Source: Nitrospira sp. (lineage in GTDB: Bacteria; Nitrospirota; Nitrospiria; Nitrospirales; Nitrospiraceae). From it: a stretch of DNA of 64,000 nucleotides. Where the stretch lies: assembly GCA_018242665.1 (NCBI GenBank), contig JAFEBL010000024.1:7299-71298 (forward strand), given 5' to 3'. The notes below the pieces were generated by a model. The model was not told the origin of the DNA. It ran no database searches and saw only the letters and a list, made by a program, of their open reading frames with translations. The first letter of the stretch is position 1, and every line of letters starts with the position of its first letter. The translations under genes and the position numbers were made by a program. Shown here piece after piece: positions 46,978 to 56,533 of the stretch.

Positions 46978-47748
46978 GTGGCTGTGAAGCATATCCCCGT
47001 CTCGGCTGTGGTCATTGCCTACAATGACGAACCCAACATGCGGGCCTGTCTGGAATCCCTCACCTGGGTAGATGAACTCATTGTGGTGGATTCGCACAGT
47101 AGCGACGGGACCGAGCGGATCAGCCGGGAGTTCACGGACCGAGTCTATCAGCATGACTTTCACGGGTTCGGTCGCTTGCGGAATGAGGCGTTGACGCACG
47201 CGACCCACGAGTGGGTTTTCAGTCTGGATACCGATGAGCGGGCCACTCCGGAATTACGCGACGAGATCCGACGGCTCTTGGATGCCGGTCCCGAGGCCGA
47301 CGCCTACTTCGTGCCCAGAAAGAATTTTTTCCTCGGGCGTTGGATCAAACATTGCGGCTGGTTTCCCGACTATCGTCAACCGCAATTGTTTCGCCGGAGC
47401 AAGTTTCGCTATCGGGAAGAACTGGTCCACGAGAGTTTCGATGTGGATGGACGGCTCGGCTATCTGACCGCCGCCGCGCTCCAGTATCCGTTCCGCAACA
47501 TCGACCACTACCTAGCCAAGCAGGAACGGTACTCCGACCTTATGGCGCGGCGCATGGTGGAGCAGGGACGAGCCTTCTCCTGGCATCAGTTGCTGTCGCA
47601 TCCCGCATTCACGTTCCTGAAGATGTACGTCGGGCGCAAGGGCTGTCTGGACGGCGTGCCGGGCCTGATTTTGTCCGGACTCTATGCCTATTACACCTTC
47701 ATCAAGTATGCGCGGTTTTGGGAATTCTCTAATCAGCGTCGCACATGA
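46978..47748 (+). CDS. GT2 glycosyltransferase (KdtX/WaaE-like LPS core type)
   Basis: VSAVVIAYNDEPNM, ELIVVDSHSSDGT and LDTDER (DxD). Paralog of the next gene. Confidence 0.8.
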   Translation: MAVKHIPVSAVVIAYNDEPNMRACLESLTWVDELIVVDSHSSDGTERISREFTDRVYQHDFHGFGRLRNEALTHATHEWVFSLDTDERATPELRDEIRRLLDAGPEADAYFVPRKNFFLGRWIKHCGWFPDYRQPQLFRRSKFRYREELVHESFDVDGRLGYLTAAALQYPFRNIDHYLAKQERYSDLMARRMVEQGRAFSWHQLLSHPAFTFLKMYVGRKGCLDGVPGLILSGLYAYYTFIKYARFWEFSNQRRT

Positions 47749-47778
47749 GAGCGGTAGGACGTAACGGAACGTGACACG

Positions 47779-48540
47779 ATGACGATTGCGGCCGTGATCA
47801 TTACCAAGGATGAAGAACAGAATATCGCGGACTGCCTTGCGTCAGTCCGGTGGGCTGATGAACTCATCGTGGTGGATGCCGAAAGCCGGGATCGGACCGT
47901 CGAACTGGCCAAGGGGTACACCTCGAAGGTGTTTGTGCGCCCATGGCCTGGGTACGGGCCGCAAAAAAACTTTGGGATCGATCAAGCGGCAGCCGACTGG
48001 ATTCTCGTGGTCGATGCCGACGAACGGGTGACCGACGGGCTGCGGCAGGAGATCCAAGCGTTGCTGGCCGGCGGGACTCCGTCCGATATCGGCGGGTATG
48101 AGATCCCTCGTCGGAATTATTTCTACGGAAAATGGATTCAAGGCGGCGGGCTCTATCCGGATTATCAACTGCGATTGTTTCGTAAGACCTCCGGTCGGTA
48201 CGACGATGTGCGGTTGCATGAAAACTTCGTACTGCAGGGGCGTCGGGAACGTCTGCGGGAACCCTTCATTCACTACAGCATGCCCACTGTGCACCACCAC
48301 ATCCGTAAGATGATGCAGTACACAACGCTGGGCGCGGATGAGAAGCTGAAGCGGGTCACGCACGTCAGCGGGTGGACCATCGCCACGCATCACATCGGCA
48401 CCATTCTGAAAACCTTGTTCACGCGCGGCGGGTATCGTGATGGAGTGCACGGGCTGGTTGTGGCGATGTTCGCCGGCCTCCATACGTTCGTCAAGTATGC
48501 CAAAGCCTGGGAGCGGCTCAACGTGAACCGTGAACGATGA
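47779..48540 (+). CDS. GT2 glycosyltransferase (KdtX/WaaE-like), tandem paralog
   Basis: IAAVIITKDEEQNI, ELIVVDAESRDRT and VDADER. Collinear similarity to 46978..47748 along the whole length, including PDYQLRLFR versus PDYRQPQLFR. Confidence 0.8.
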   Translation: MTIAAVIITKDEEQNIADCLASVRWADELIVVDAESRDRTVELAKGYTSKVFVRPWPGYGPQKNFGIDQAAADWILVVDADERVTDGLRQEIQALLAGGTPSDIGGYEIPRRNYFYGKWIQGGGLYPDYQLRLFRKTSGRYDDVRLHENFVLQGRRERLREPFIHYSMPTVHHHIRKMMQYTTLGADEKLKRVTHVSGWTIATHHIGTILKTLFTRGGYRDGVHGLVVAMFAGLHTFVKYAKAWERLNVNRER

Positions 48541-48588
48541 GGGGGAAGGCGGACGTCGCATGAGTGCGCTGGAGGCCTCGTTGATCTG

Positions 48589-49692
48589 ATGCGGATCGGG
48601 ATCGACGCCGCATCCATTGTGGGCGACAAGGGCGGAGTCGGGTGGCATACGTACCATCTCCTCAACGCGTTGCTCGCGCTGGACGAAGAGCATGAGTATG
48701 TCGGCTATCTTCGGCCCGGTTCGCTGCAGGGGGGGAGGTTACCCGGCTGGCCGCCGCACCCTCGCCTGCGCTGGGTGGAGACGCCACGCTGGTCCATGGC
48801 CTGGCGAGGTTGGTGGGATCGCCTCGATCTGTATCATGGCCCGAATTTTAAGATGCACACGACGGGGCGGTTCGGGGGGATCGTCACCATTCATGATCTG
48901 TGGCTGGCCCGGCATCCGGAATATTCACGCAAACTCCTGGGTCAGGCCGGTTCTTCGCGGCGGGCGATCGCCACGGCGAACCGGGCCAGGAAGGTCGTCA
49001 CGGTGTCGGAGTTTTCGGCGCGGGAAATCGAATCCTTGTACAGCATTGCGCGGGATCACGTGGCGGTCATTCACAACGGGGTCTCCGACGATTTTTCTCC
49101 CCTCTGTACGGAACAGGTGAAAGTGGAGCTACGCGAGCGCTGGGCGATTCCTGAGGCGGGATTCATTCTGTTTGTCGGCGGAGCGGACCCCCGAAAAAAC
49201 CACGCGCGGTTCTTACAGGCAGTGGCCAGGGTTCGTTCGCAGCTCGGCGGTCGGGTCGTGCTGCTGGTGGGCGATCCGGAGCATCAGCAGGAAAGTTATC
49301 GGGCGACGGCGCAGGCATTGGCCATCGAGAATGATGTCCGTTGTACCGGTCGTCTTGATCGTGAAGACTTGCGGCGGTTGTATTCCTGCACCGATCTCTT
49401 CGTGTTTCCGTCCCGCTATGAAGGATTCGGAATGCCGGTGTTGGAAGCGATGGCCTGCGGCGCTCCGACCATTACGTCCTCGACTTCGTCGCTGCCGGAG
49501 GTCGCCGGTGATGCAGCCCTCCTGGTCGATCCGGACGATGTGGACGGACTTGGTCAGGCGATCGTGCGGGCACTGACGGATCAGGCGCTTCGTGCCGGCC
49601 TGCGGCAGCGTGGGTTCGAGCGAGTTCGGCAGTTTACCTGGCAACAGGCCGCGGTGCAGACGAGCGCACTGTATCGAGCACTCTGTGCGTAG
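48589..49692 (+). CDS. GT4 family glycosyltransferase
   Basis: C-terminal [43 protein letters not shown] is the classic GT4 (Glycos_transf_1) core. Confidence 0.85.
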   Translation: MRIGIDAASIVGDKGGVGWHTYHLLNALLALDEEHEYVGYLRPGSLQGGRLPGWPPHPRLRWVETPRWSMAWRGWWDRLDLYHGPNFKMHTTGRFGGIVTIHDLWLARHPEYSRKLLGQAGSSRRAIATANRARKVVTVSEFSAREIESLYSIARDHVAVIHNGVSDDFSPLCTEQVKVELRERWAIPEAGFILFVGGADPRKNHARFLQAVARVRSQLGGRVVLLVGDPEHQQESYRATAQALAIENDVRCTGRLDREDLRRLYSCTDLFVFPSRYEGFGMPVLEAMACGAPTITSSTSSLPEVAGDAALLVDPDDVDGLGQAIVRALTDQALRAGLRQRGFERVRQFTWQQAAVQTSALYRALCA

Positions 49693-49908
49693 CTCTTGAT
49701 GGAATGCGCGACCGCTGCACGATTCCGTCGCCGGGTTCGCGTGAAATCCTCCTGTGACCTTCTCCCACCGGTCGTCCCTACAGAATCAGCGCGACAAAGG
49801 GGCGGTCTTTTGGTTTCGGCCCGTGGTATTCTGTGCCGCTTGCTTCGTCCCCGAGTGGAGAGGGTTTGGCCAGGTCTTAATCCCGATCGGTGTGAACACG
49901 ACGACGCC

Positions 49909-50952
49909 ATGGCGTTCCACAATATTCTGATCATCAAATTGCGACACATCGGCGATGTCCTGCTGGCTACTCCCGTGGTGCGGGGATTGAGGGAGGCCTA
50001 CCCCGATGCGCAGCTGACCATGCTGGTCAATCGAGGGACCGAAGGGGTGCTGGCGCACAACCCCGACTTGAATGACGTACTGTGTCTTGACAAGGGCTCA
50101 TGGCAGGCTCAATGGGCGTTCGTTCAGATGTTGCGGGCGCGGGGATTCGATGCGGTCATCGATCTGACCGATGGAGACCGTTCTGCGATTATGAGTGTGG
50201 CAACTCGGTCTGCTGTTCGCATCGGATTCAATGCGGAGCATCGCTGGCGCGGGCTGTTATACAGTCAGGTGGCCAAGCCGCGTCCGATGGATCAACATCG
50301 GGTAGACTATGATCTGTGCGCACTCAGGGCGCTGGGGCTTGATCCCAAGCCGGGGCTCCCGACTCTGTTCCTATCCATGGCCGACGAACAGGTCGCGACA
50401 GACTGGTTGGCGCAGGCCGGGCTGTTGTCCGAGCAAGAAGGAGCGCCATTGGTGTGGTTGCAACCGGGGGCGCGATATTCGCTGAAAGTCTGGCCCCCTG
50501 ACCGGTTTGCGCAACTGGCGGACCGCCTAGTTGAACGATTCGGGTGCCGGGTTCTCCTGGGAGGCGATCAGCGCGAGCGCGAAGTAGCGGAACTCGTGGC
50601 TCGGAAGACGCACTGCGGTCCTCTCGTCGTGGCGGGAAAATTTTCGTTGTTACAGTACGCGGCACTGGTCAAACGGTGCGCGTTGTTCATCGGCAACGAT
50701 GGCGGCGCCATGCATATTGCGGCGGCCATGGGCACGCCGGTTGTCGCGCTGTTCGGTCCAACCTATCCGCAACGATGGGGTCCGCGCGGAGGACTATCGC
50801 AGGTGATCTATAAGGGGTTGGATTGCCGTGCCTGTTACCATCCAACCTGTTTGCGCGGCGATGATAGCTGTATGCAACAGATCAGTGTGGATGAGGTCTA
50901 TGGGGCCGCAAGCCGGATGCTGGAACAACGGCTTGCCGGTTCCCGGCATTGA
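49909..50952 (+). CDS. GT9 heptosyltransferase family protein (third copy)
   Basis: ORF trimmed to ATG 49909. ILIIKLRHIGDVLLATP, NDGGAMHIAAA, FGPTYP and a CRAC motif near the C-terminus. Confidence 0.82.
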   Translation: MAFHNILIIKLRHIGDVLLATPVVRGLREAYPDAQLTMLVNRGTEGVLAHNPDLNDVLCLDKGSWQAQWAFVQMLRARGFDAVIDLTDGDRSAIMSVATRSAVRIGFNAEHRWRGLLYSQVAKPRPMDQHRVDYDLCALRALGLDPKPGLPTLFLSMADEQVATDWLAQAGLLSEQEGAPLVWLQPGARYSLKVWPPDRFAQLADRLVERFGCRVLLGGDQREREVAELVARKTHCGPLVVAGKFSLLQYAALVKRCALFIGNDGGAMHIAAAMGTPVVALFGPTYPQRWGPRGGLSQVIYKGLDCRACYHPTCLRGDDSCMQQISVDEVYGAASRMLEQRLAGSRH

Positions 50953-51063
50953 CTCCGATCACCTGCGAAACGAAGAAACCCGGCCGGATCGTGCTGCATC
51001 CCTGTTTCCCATCTAGCTATGCGCATGGTGATGCAGGAGGCGCCCGGTGCCCCTCAGGGATAA

Positions 51064-51582
51064 ATGGGGGGACGATGTGGGAGGAGCGTCTGCGTGGTAG
51101 TCATTGACCTCGGTTGTGGAAAAAATAAGCAACCATCGGCATTCGGCTTTGATTGTCGAATGGAATCCGGAGTGAATGCCATCTGCGATATTGAACAACA
51201 GTTGCCGCTCAGGAGCAATTGCGTCGATGTCGTCCACCTCAGCCATGTGATGGAACATGTGCGGAATCTTCTTCCGTTCATGGAGGAAGTGTATCGCGTG
51301 TGTAAGCCGGGAGCGGAAGTGCAGGTGGCGGTTCCCTACTACACATCGAGGGGAGCCTTCCGTGATCCCACACATGTGCGATACATCACCGAGGACACGT
51401 TCCAGTACTTCGAACAACCGACTGACTACGGGGTGCGGACCGATTTTCGTATCGAAGCCATTCGCTATGAGACACGCAAACCGTTCCGCTATTTGCCGGA
51501 ATATCTTCGCAAGCGTTGCCGTCGTTATCTCTGGAATGTGGTGGACAACATGCACGTGACGCTTCGCGTCGTGAAGGCTTAA
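51064..51582 (+). CDS. Class I SAM-dependent methyltransferase (small)
   Basis: Motif I VIDLGCG and post-I/II VDVVHLSHVMEHV. Start codon is uncertain. Locally lower GC (hand counts of 45-52% on three 60 nt lines). Confidence 0.7.
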   Translation: MGGRCGRSVCVVVIDLGCGKNKQPSAFGFDCRMESGVNAICDIEQQLPLRSNCVDVVHLSHVMEHVRNLLPFMEEVYRVCKPGAEVQVAVPYYTSRGAFRDPTHVRYITEDTFQYFEQPTDYGVRTDFRIEAIRYETRKPFRYLPEYLRKRCRRYLWNVVDNMHVTLRVVKA

Positions 51583-51734
51583 CGAATGTGGGATCTCGAC
51601 GATCGTGCCGGTCAAGACTACGACAGGCTCTGCGCGGTCGTGGGCCGGCGGAATCTCTTTGACTTCCCCGCCAAAGCCGCGTATCACGAGCCCGGTGTGC
51701 GCATCATGCGGGCGGTCGTGATAGGGATGTTTCG

Positions 51735-52526
51735 ATGAAGTCCATCAGTCTGGTCATCGCGCTGTACAATCAGCTTGACTATACTCGCCGCTGTATCGCG
51801 TCGATCATGGAGTGCACGCCGCGTCCGTTCGAATTGATCCTCATCGACAACGGCTGTGTAGACGGGACGGCGGAGTATGTGCGCACGGTGGATGCCACCG
51901 TCATCAGCAACGCAACCAACCTGGGCTGTGCCAAGGCGTGGAACCAAGGCATTCGTGCCAGTCACGGCCAGGTGGTCGGTATTCTGAACAATGACATCGT
52001 GGTGACGCCCGGCTGGATCGAGCGCCTGTGCGCATTCATGGAACGCGGACAGTATGGCATTGTCTGTCCCTCCGCGCGCGAAGGTCTGCTGGATTATGAT
52101 TTGGCTACCTATGCCGGAGAGTTCACGAGCGATTGCGCCGAGGCGGTGCGCGAGGATCTCTACGCCCCCTGTATGCTGATTGATCGGCGAGTCTTTGATC
52201 GGATCGGACTCTTCGACGATGCGTTTTCCTACGGAGGTTGTGAAGATACGGATTTTCGCTGGCGGACGGAGCAGGCGGGTTTCGGCGTCGCGATGACAGG
52301 ATCCGTGTTAATTCACCATTTTTCCATGGTGACGCAGAATTCGATTAAGCGAACGGAGACGAATCAATACTGGAATCACAACATGGCGCACTTCACGCGC
52401 AAGTGGGGACGCACCATTCGCGGGAACTGGTTCCAGCGTCGCTGGACCGACGTGCAGACCAAGTGGATTCGGCGATCCGAATTGCGGCGCTTCGGTCACA
52501 CGTTGGTTGAAAAACCCTTTCAGTGA
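51735..52526 (+). CDS. GT2 family glycosyltransferase
   Basis: ISLVIALYNQLDYT, ELILIDNGCVDGT and CEDTDF (DxD-like). Confidence 0.8.
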   Translation: MKSISLVIALYNQLDYTRRCIASIMECTPRPFELILIDNGCVDGTAEYVRTVDATVISNATNLGCAKAWNQGIRASHGQVVGILNNDIVVTPGWIERLCAFMERGQYGIVCPSAREGLLDYDLATYAGEFTSDCAEAVREDLYAPCMLIDRRVFDRIGLFDDAFSYGGCEDTDFRWRTEQAGFGVAMTGSVLIHHFSMVTQNSIKRTETNQYWNHNMAHFTRKWGRTIRGNWFQRRWTDVQTKWIRRSELRRFGHTLVEKPFQ

Positions 52527-52604
52527 GCGGACGGCTGATTCCGCCATGCCCGATGCCCCCCGCTCGTCGCCAGGTGGAGGGAGGGCCATGACCGTCCGAA
52601 GGCG

Positions 52605-53699
52605 ATGGCCTCATCCGTGAAAATCGTCATTGCCGCTTGGCACATCAAGAACATTCATGTGGGGATCGGGCGTTACGCCAGGGAGTTGATCGAGGCCCTA
52701 GGCCGCGTCGATCGGGCCCATCAGTACGAGATCTTGCTGCCTCAGGCCGACCATCCGTTTACGGCCCGTCCCAACATGCGCTTTCGGGTCATGCGCGTTC
52801 CCTTCTTCCGCCGCCGTGTCTGGGAACAGGCCGCGCCGCTGCTGATCGGCCCTTACGATGTACTCCATTTCCCCTATGACTCCTGCGTCGCCTGGAAGCG
52901 CGCACGGTTCATCACGACCATCCATGATGTCAAGCCGCTGCTGTTTCCGGAGTTGCGAGCCCGTCCCAATCTGCATAGCCGCATCGAACAGTGGGTTGTG
53001 GGCGATCGCTGGAACACGATCGATCATGTCATCACCGTCTCTGAGCATTCGCGTCGTGATCTGCTCGCTCATTCGCCGCTTCGTCCTGATCAAGTGAGTG
53101 TGACGCCATTGGGGCTGGACGCAGAGCGGTTTCGCCCTCCTCTGTCGCGGGTAGAGGCCAGGCCGTATGTGTTGTGCGTGGCCGGGTCCGATCCGACGAA
53201 GAACGTCGGCAGCCTGGTCGAGGCCTTTGCGAAGCTCCCTACCGAACTGCGCCGGCAGTATGATGTGGTTCTGGCAGGAGATGTCTGCAAACGTGCGGAT
53301 ATTCGTGAGGCCATCGAGCGATGGGACATTGCAGCCCACACCAAGTTGGTCGGACAGGTCTCCGATGACGAACTTGCGCAGTACTATCAGCAGGCGACGG
53401 TCTTTGTGTTCCCATCCCTGTATGAGGGATTCGGCCTGCCCCTGTTGGAGGCGATGGGGTGCGGATGCCCGGTGATCTGTTCGAACGCCTCGTCCCTGCC
53501 TGAGGTGGCCGGTGATGCAGCGGTCCTAGTTGATCCGCATCGGCCGGATCAGTTGGCGGAAGCCTTGGCCCAGGTATTGACCTCCCCGGACCTGCAGGCG
53601 TCCCTACGGGCTCGGGGCCTGGCCAGGGCGAAGGAGTTTCACTGGGATCGTACGGCGCAGCAGACAGTCGCAATCTATGAAGGGACGATCGGGCGCTAA
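52605..53699 (+). CDS. GT4 family glycosyltransferase
   Basis: [43 protein letters not shown]. Clear paralog of 48589..49692. Confidence 0.85.
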   Translation: MASSVKIVIAAWHIKNIHVGIGRYARELIEALGRVDRAHQYEILLPQADHPFTARPNMRFRVMRVPFFRRRVWEQAAPLLIGPYDVLHFPYDSCVAWKRARFITTIHDVKPLLFPELRARPNLHSRIEQWVVGDRWNTIDHVITVSEHSRRDLLAHSPLRPDQVSVTPLGLDAERFRPPLSRVEARPYVLCVAGSDPTKNVGSLVEAFAKLPTELRRQYDVVLAGDVCKRADIREAIERWDIAAHTKLVGQVSDDELAQYYQQATVFVFPSLYEGFGLPLLEAMGCGCPVICSNASSLPEVAGDAAVLVDPHRPDQLAEALAQVLTSPDLQASLRARGLARAKEFHWDRTAQQTVAIYEGTIGR

Positions 53700-53875
53700 G
53701 GGCGAGGCCGAAACGATCGCATCGTGCGAATGCCATTGCGTGATATCAGCGAATTTCCTGGTCCAACTTGCGGGCAAGAAGGTACGATTCCATTCATGGA
53801 TGACGCTGGTACCGCCGTGCATATCACGTGTGTGGCGTGCCTGATCCAATGGTCCTGTTGCCCAGGGAGGGAACC

Positions 53876-54610
53876 ATGAAAGGTGTCGTGCTCGCCGGAG
53901 GGCTCGGGTCGCGCTTGTTGCCGCTCACCAAAGTGACCAACAAACATCTCTTGCCTGTCTACAACAAGCCGATGATCTACTATCCGATCCAGACGCTCGT
54001 CAATGCGGGCGTGACGGAGATCATGCTGGTCACCGGCGGAAACAGCGCCGGCGATTTCCTCAAGCTCTTGGGAAACGGGCGGGAATTCGGGCTCAAGCAT
54101 CTGAGTTATACCTACCAGCAAGGTGAAGGGGGAATTGCCGACGCCTTGCGGCTGGCGGAGCATTTTGCCGACGATGGCCCTATTTGCGTGGTGCTGGGCG
54201 ACAATCTGATCCAGGGGAATATCGCCAAGGCGGCCGAGTCGTTTCGCGCGCAGAAGACTGGTGCGAAAATTTTACTGAAAGAAGTGAAGGATCCGCAGCG
54301 GTTCGGCGTGCCGCATCTGGATGGGGCTCGCGTGCTGAGCATTGAAGAAAAACCCGCGCAGCCCAAATCGTCGTACGCGGTGACCGGCATCTATTTTTAC
54401 GATGCCCGAGTGTTCGAGGTCACGCGGACGTTGAAACCGTCGGGGCGCGGCGAACTGGAAATCACCGATGTCAATAACGCCTACATTGCCTCCGGAACGT
54501 TGACGTGGGATGTGCTGGATGGCTGGTGGACCGATGCCGGGACCATTGAGTCGCTGCTCGCCGCCAATCAGCTTGTGGCGCAAACCGGGGCGAACAGGAT
54601 GGAGTTCTAA
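53876..54610 (+). CDS. rfbA: Glucose-1-phosphate thymidylyltransferase (short-form RmlA-like nucleotidyltransferase)
   Basis: ORF trimmed to ATG 53876, preceded by GGGAGGG. MKGVVLAGGLGSRLLPLTKVTNKHLLPVYNKPMIYYP. Immediately followed by rfbB. Confidence 0.8.
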   Translation: MKGVVLAGGLGSRLLPLTKVTNKHLLPVYNKPMIYYPIQTLVNAGVTEIMLVTGGNSAGDFLKLLGNGREFGLKHLSYTYQQGEGGIADALRLAEHFADDGPICVVLGDNLIQGNIAKAAESFRAQKTGAKILLKEVKDPQRFGVPHLDGARVLSIEEKPAQPKSSYAVTGIYFYDARVFEVTRTLKPSGRGELEITDVNNAYIASGTLTWDVLDGWWTDAGTIESLLAANQLVAQTGANRMEF

Positions 54611-55642
54611 ATGCGTATTCTCGTCACGGGCGGCGCGGGGTTTATCGGGTCTCATCTGGTGCGACGGTTGATCCAAAGCGGCCGCCATTCTGTCGTCAAC
54701 CTCGATGCGCTGAAATATTCCGGGAATCTGGAGAATCTTTCAGATCTTGACGGGCATCCCGATTATCGTTTTGTGCATGCTGATATTGGCGATCAGAAGG
54801 CCGTGCACGCGGCGTTGCGGGAGCACCGCATCGAGGGCATCATCAATTGTGCGGCGGAAACACATGTGGATCGATCGATTCTGGATCCTGGCGCCTTCGC
54901 CCGCACCGACGTGGTCGGCACAGGAATTTTGTTGGAGGAGGCACGACAAGCCGGTGTGCAGCGATTTCTGCAGGTCAGTACCGATGAAGTGTACGGTAGC
55001 GTCGAGCAAGGAAGTTCGAAGGAAGATGATCAGTTGGAGCCTCGCAGCCCCTATTCGGCCAGCAAGGCCGGGGGGGATTTGCTGGTCCTCAGCTACTGGA
55101 CAACCTATCAATTTCCGGTGGTGGTGACCCGCGGTAGCAATACGTATGGACCGAACCAGTATCCGGAAAAATTCATTCCGCTGTTTTCCACCAATGCCAT
55201 CGATGGCGAGCCCCTTCCGTTGTACGGTGATGGCAAACAGTGCCGTGATTGGTTATCGGTCTATGACCATGCCGCGGGAATTCAGCACGCCTTTGAGCAG
55301 GGGCGGCCGGGCACTGTGTATAACGTCGGCGGAGGCAATGAGCGGGAGAATATCGTGGTGGCGGAGCAGATCGTCGCAGCGCTGGGCAAGTCTCGTTCGC
55401 TCATTCGATTTGTGCAGGATCGACCGGGGCATGATCGCCGCTATTCCATTGATTGCAGCCGCCTGCGCGCCTTGGGATGGGTCCCGCAGGTGCCGTTTGA
55501 AGAAGGATTGAAGCAGACGGTCGAGTGGTATCGCACGCACGAGGGTTGGTGGCGAAAGATCAAGTCCGGCGAGTTCAAGGAGTACTATCGCCAGCAGTAT
55601 GGGACACGTTTGGAGAAAGGGACATCGTGCGCATCGTCGTGA
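54611..55642 (+). CDS. rfbB: dTDP-glucose 4,6-dehydratase
   Basis: ILVTGGAGFIGSH, STDEVYG, YSASKAG and DRPGHDRRY are RmlB motifs. Confidence 0.92.
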   Translation: MRILVTGGAGFIGSHLVRRLIQSGRHSVVNLDALKYSGNLENLSDLDGHPDYRFVHADIGDQKAVHAALREHRIEGIINCAAETHVDRSILDPGAFARTDVVGTGILLEEARQAGVQRFLQVSTDEVYGSVEQGSSKEDDQLEPRSPYSASKAGGDLLVLSYWTTYQFPVVVTRGSNTYGPNQYPEKFIPLFSTNAIDGEPLPLYGDGKQCRDWLSVYDHAAGIQHAFEQGRPGTVYNVGGGNERENIVVAEQIVAALGKSRSLIRFVQDRPGHDRRYSIDCSRLRALGWVPQVPFEEGLKQTVEWYRTHEGWWRKIKSGEFKEYYRQQYGTRLEKGTSCASS

Positions 55643-56463
55643 CGGGCGCTCAAGGGCAACTGGGGACGGATCTCCGACAGGTGTTGCGACAGCATCAGGT
55701 GACCGGGCTCGATCTGCCGGAATTCGATCTCATTGACGCTGACTGCGGTAAGGCCATTGTGGCCGCGGCGCCGGAAGTGGTGATTCACGCCGGCGCGCAT
55801 ACGGATGTGGATGGGGCGGAGCGCAATCCGGGACTGGCCATGGCGATCAATGCCGATGGGACCGAGCGTGTCGCGCGCGCCGCGGCACAGGTCGGCGCCA
55901 GGCTGATCTATATCTCCACCGACTATGTATTTGACGGTACGGGCACGCGTCCCTATCTCGAAACCGATCAGACGAATCCTGCCAGTGCCTACGGCGCCTC
56001 CAAGTGTGCCGGTGAGCAACGGGCTCTGGCCTGTTGTGAGAATACGCTCGTGGTTCGGACGGCCTGGCTCTACGGATTGCACGGAAAGAACTTTGTGAAG
56101 ACCATTCTGCAACTCGCGGCCGAACGTCCATCATTGCGGGTCGTGGCGGATCAGCGAGGGTGCCCGACCTTTGCGGAAGACCTGGCCGGCGTGATTGGCA
56201 AGTTGGTGGCGCATCCTGCGAACGGCATTCTGCATGTGACCAATGCAGGCCACTGCACATGGCATGAATTCGCCACGGAGATCGTCACGTTGGCGGGCTG
56301 CCGGGTGCCGGTCGAACCGATCACGACAGCGGACATGCCGAGACCGGCTAAACGCCCGGCCTATTCGGTGCTATCGGCAGGGCGTCTCCACGATCTTGGC
56401 TTCAGCATGCCGACGTGGCAAGATGCGCTGGAACGTTTTCTGAAAACCCACGCCAATTCCTGA
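55627..56463 (+). CDS. rfbD: dTDP-4-dehydrorhamnose reductase
   Basis: GTG 55627 (VRIVVTGAQGQLG) overlaps the rfbB 3' end by 16 nt. STDYVFDG, YGASKCAGE and RPAYSVL are RmlD motifs. Confidence 0.85.
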   Translation: MRIVVTGAQGQLGTDLRQVLRQHQVTGLDLPEFDLIDADCGKAIVAAAPEVVIHAGAHTDVDGAERNPGLAMAINADGTERVARAAAQVGARLIYISTDYVFDGTGTRPYLETDQTNPASAYGASKCAGEQRALACCENTLVVRTAWLYGLHGKNFVKTILQLAAERPSLRVVADQRGCPTFAEDLAGVIGKLVAHPANGILHVTNAGHCTWHEFATEIVTLAGCRVPVEPITTADMPRPAKRPAYSVLSAGRLHDLGFSMPTWQDALERFLKTHANS

Positions 56464-56533
56464 TCGTAGCACCTGCAAGGCAGAATCGCCCTAGTGAGGC
56501 CATCATGGCAGAACGCTCAACGAAGCGCCGGCT

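Noticed and set aside
51013-51687. 224 aa minus-strand ORF overlapping the methyltransferase gene.
   Set aside because: The plus-strand frame carries clear SAM-methyltransferase motifs (VIDLGCG, VMEHV). The minus frame has none and breaks the co-directional operon.
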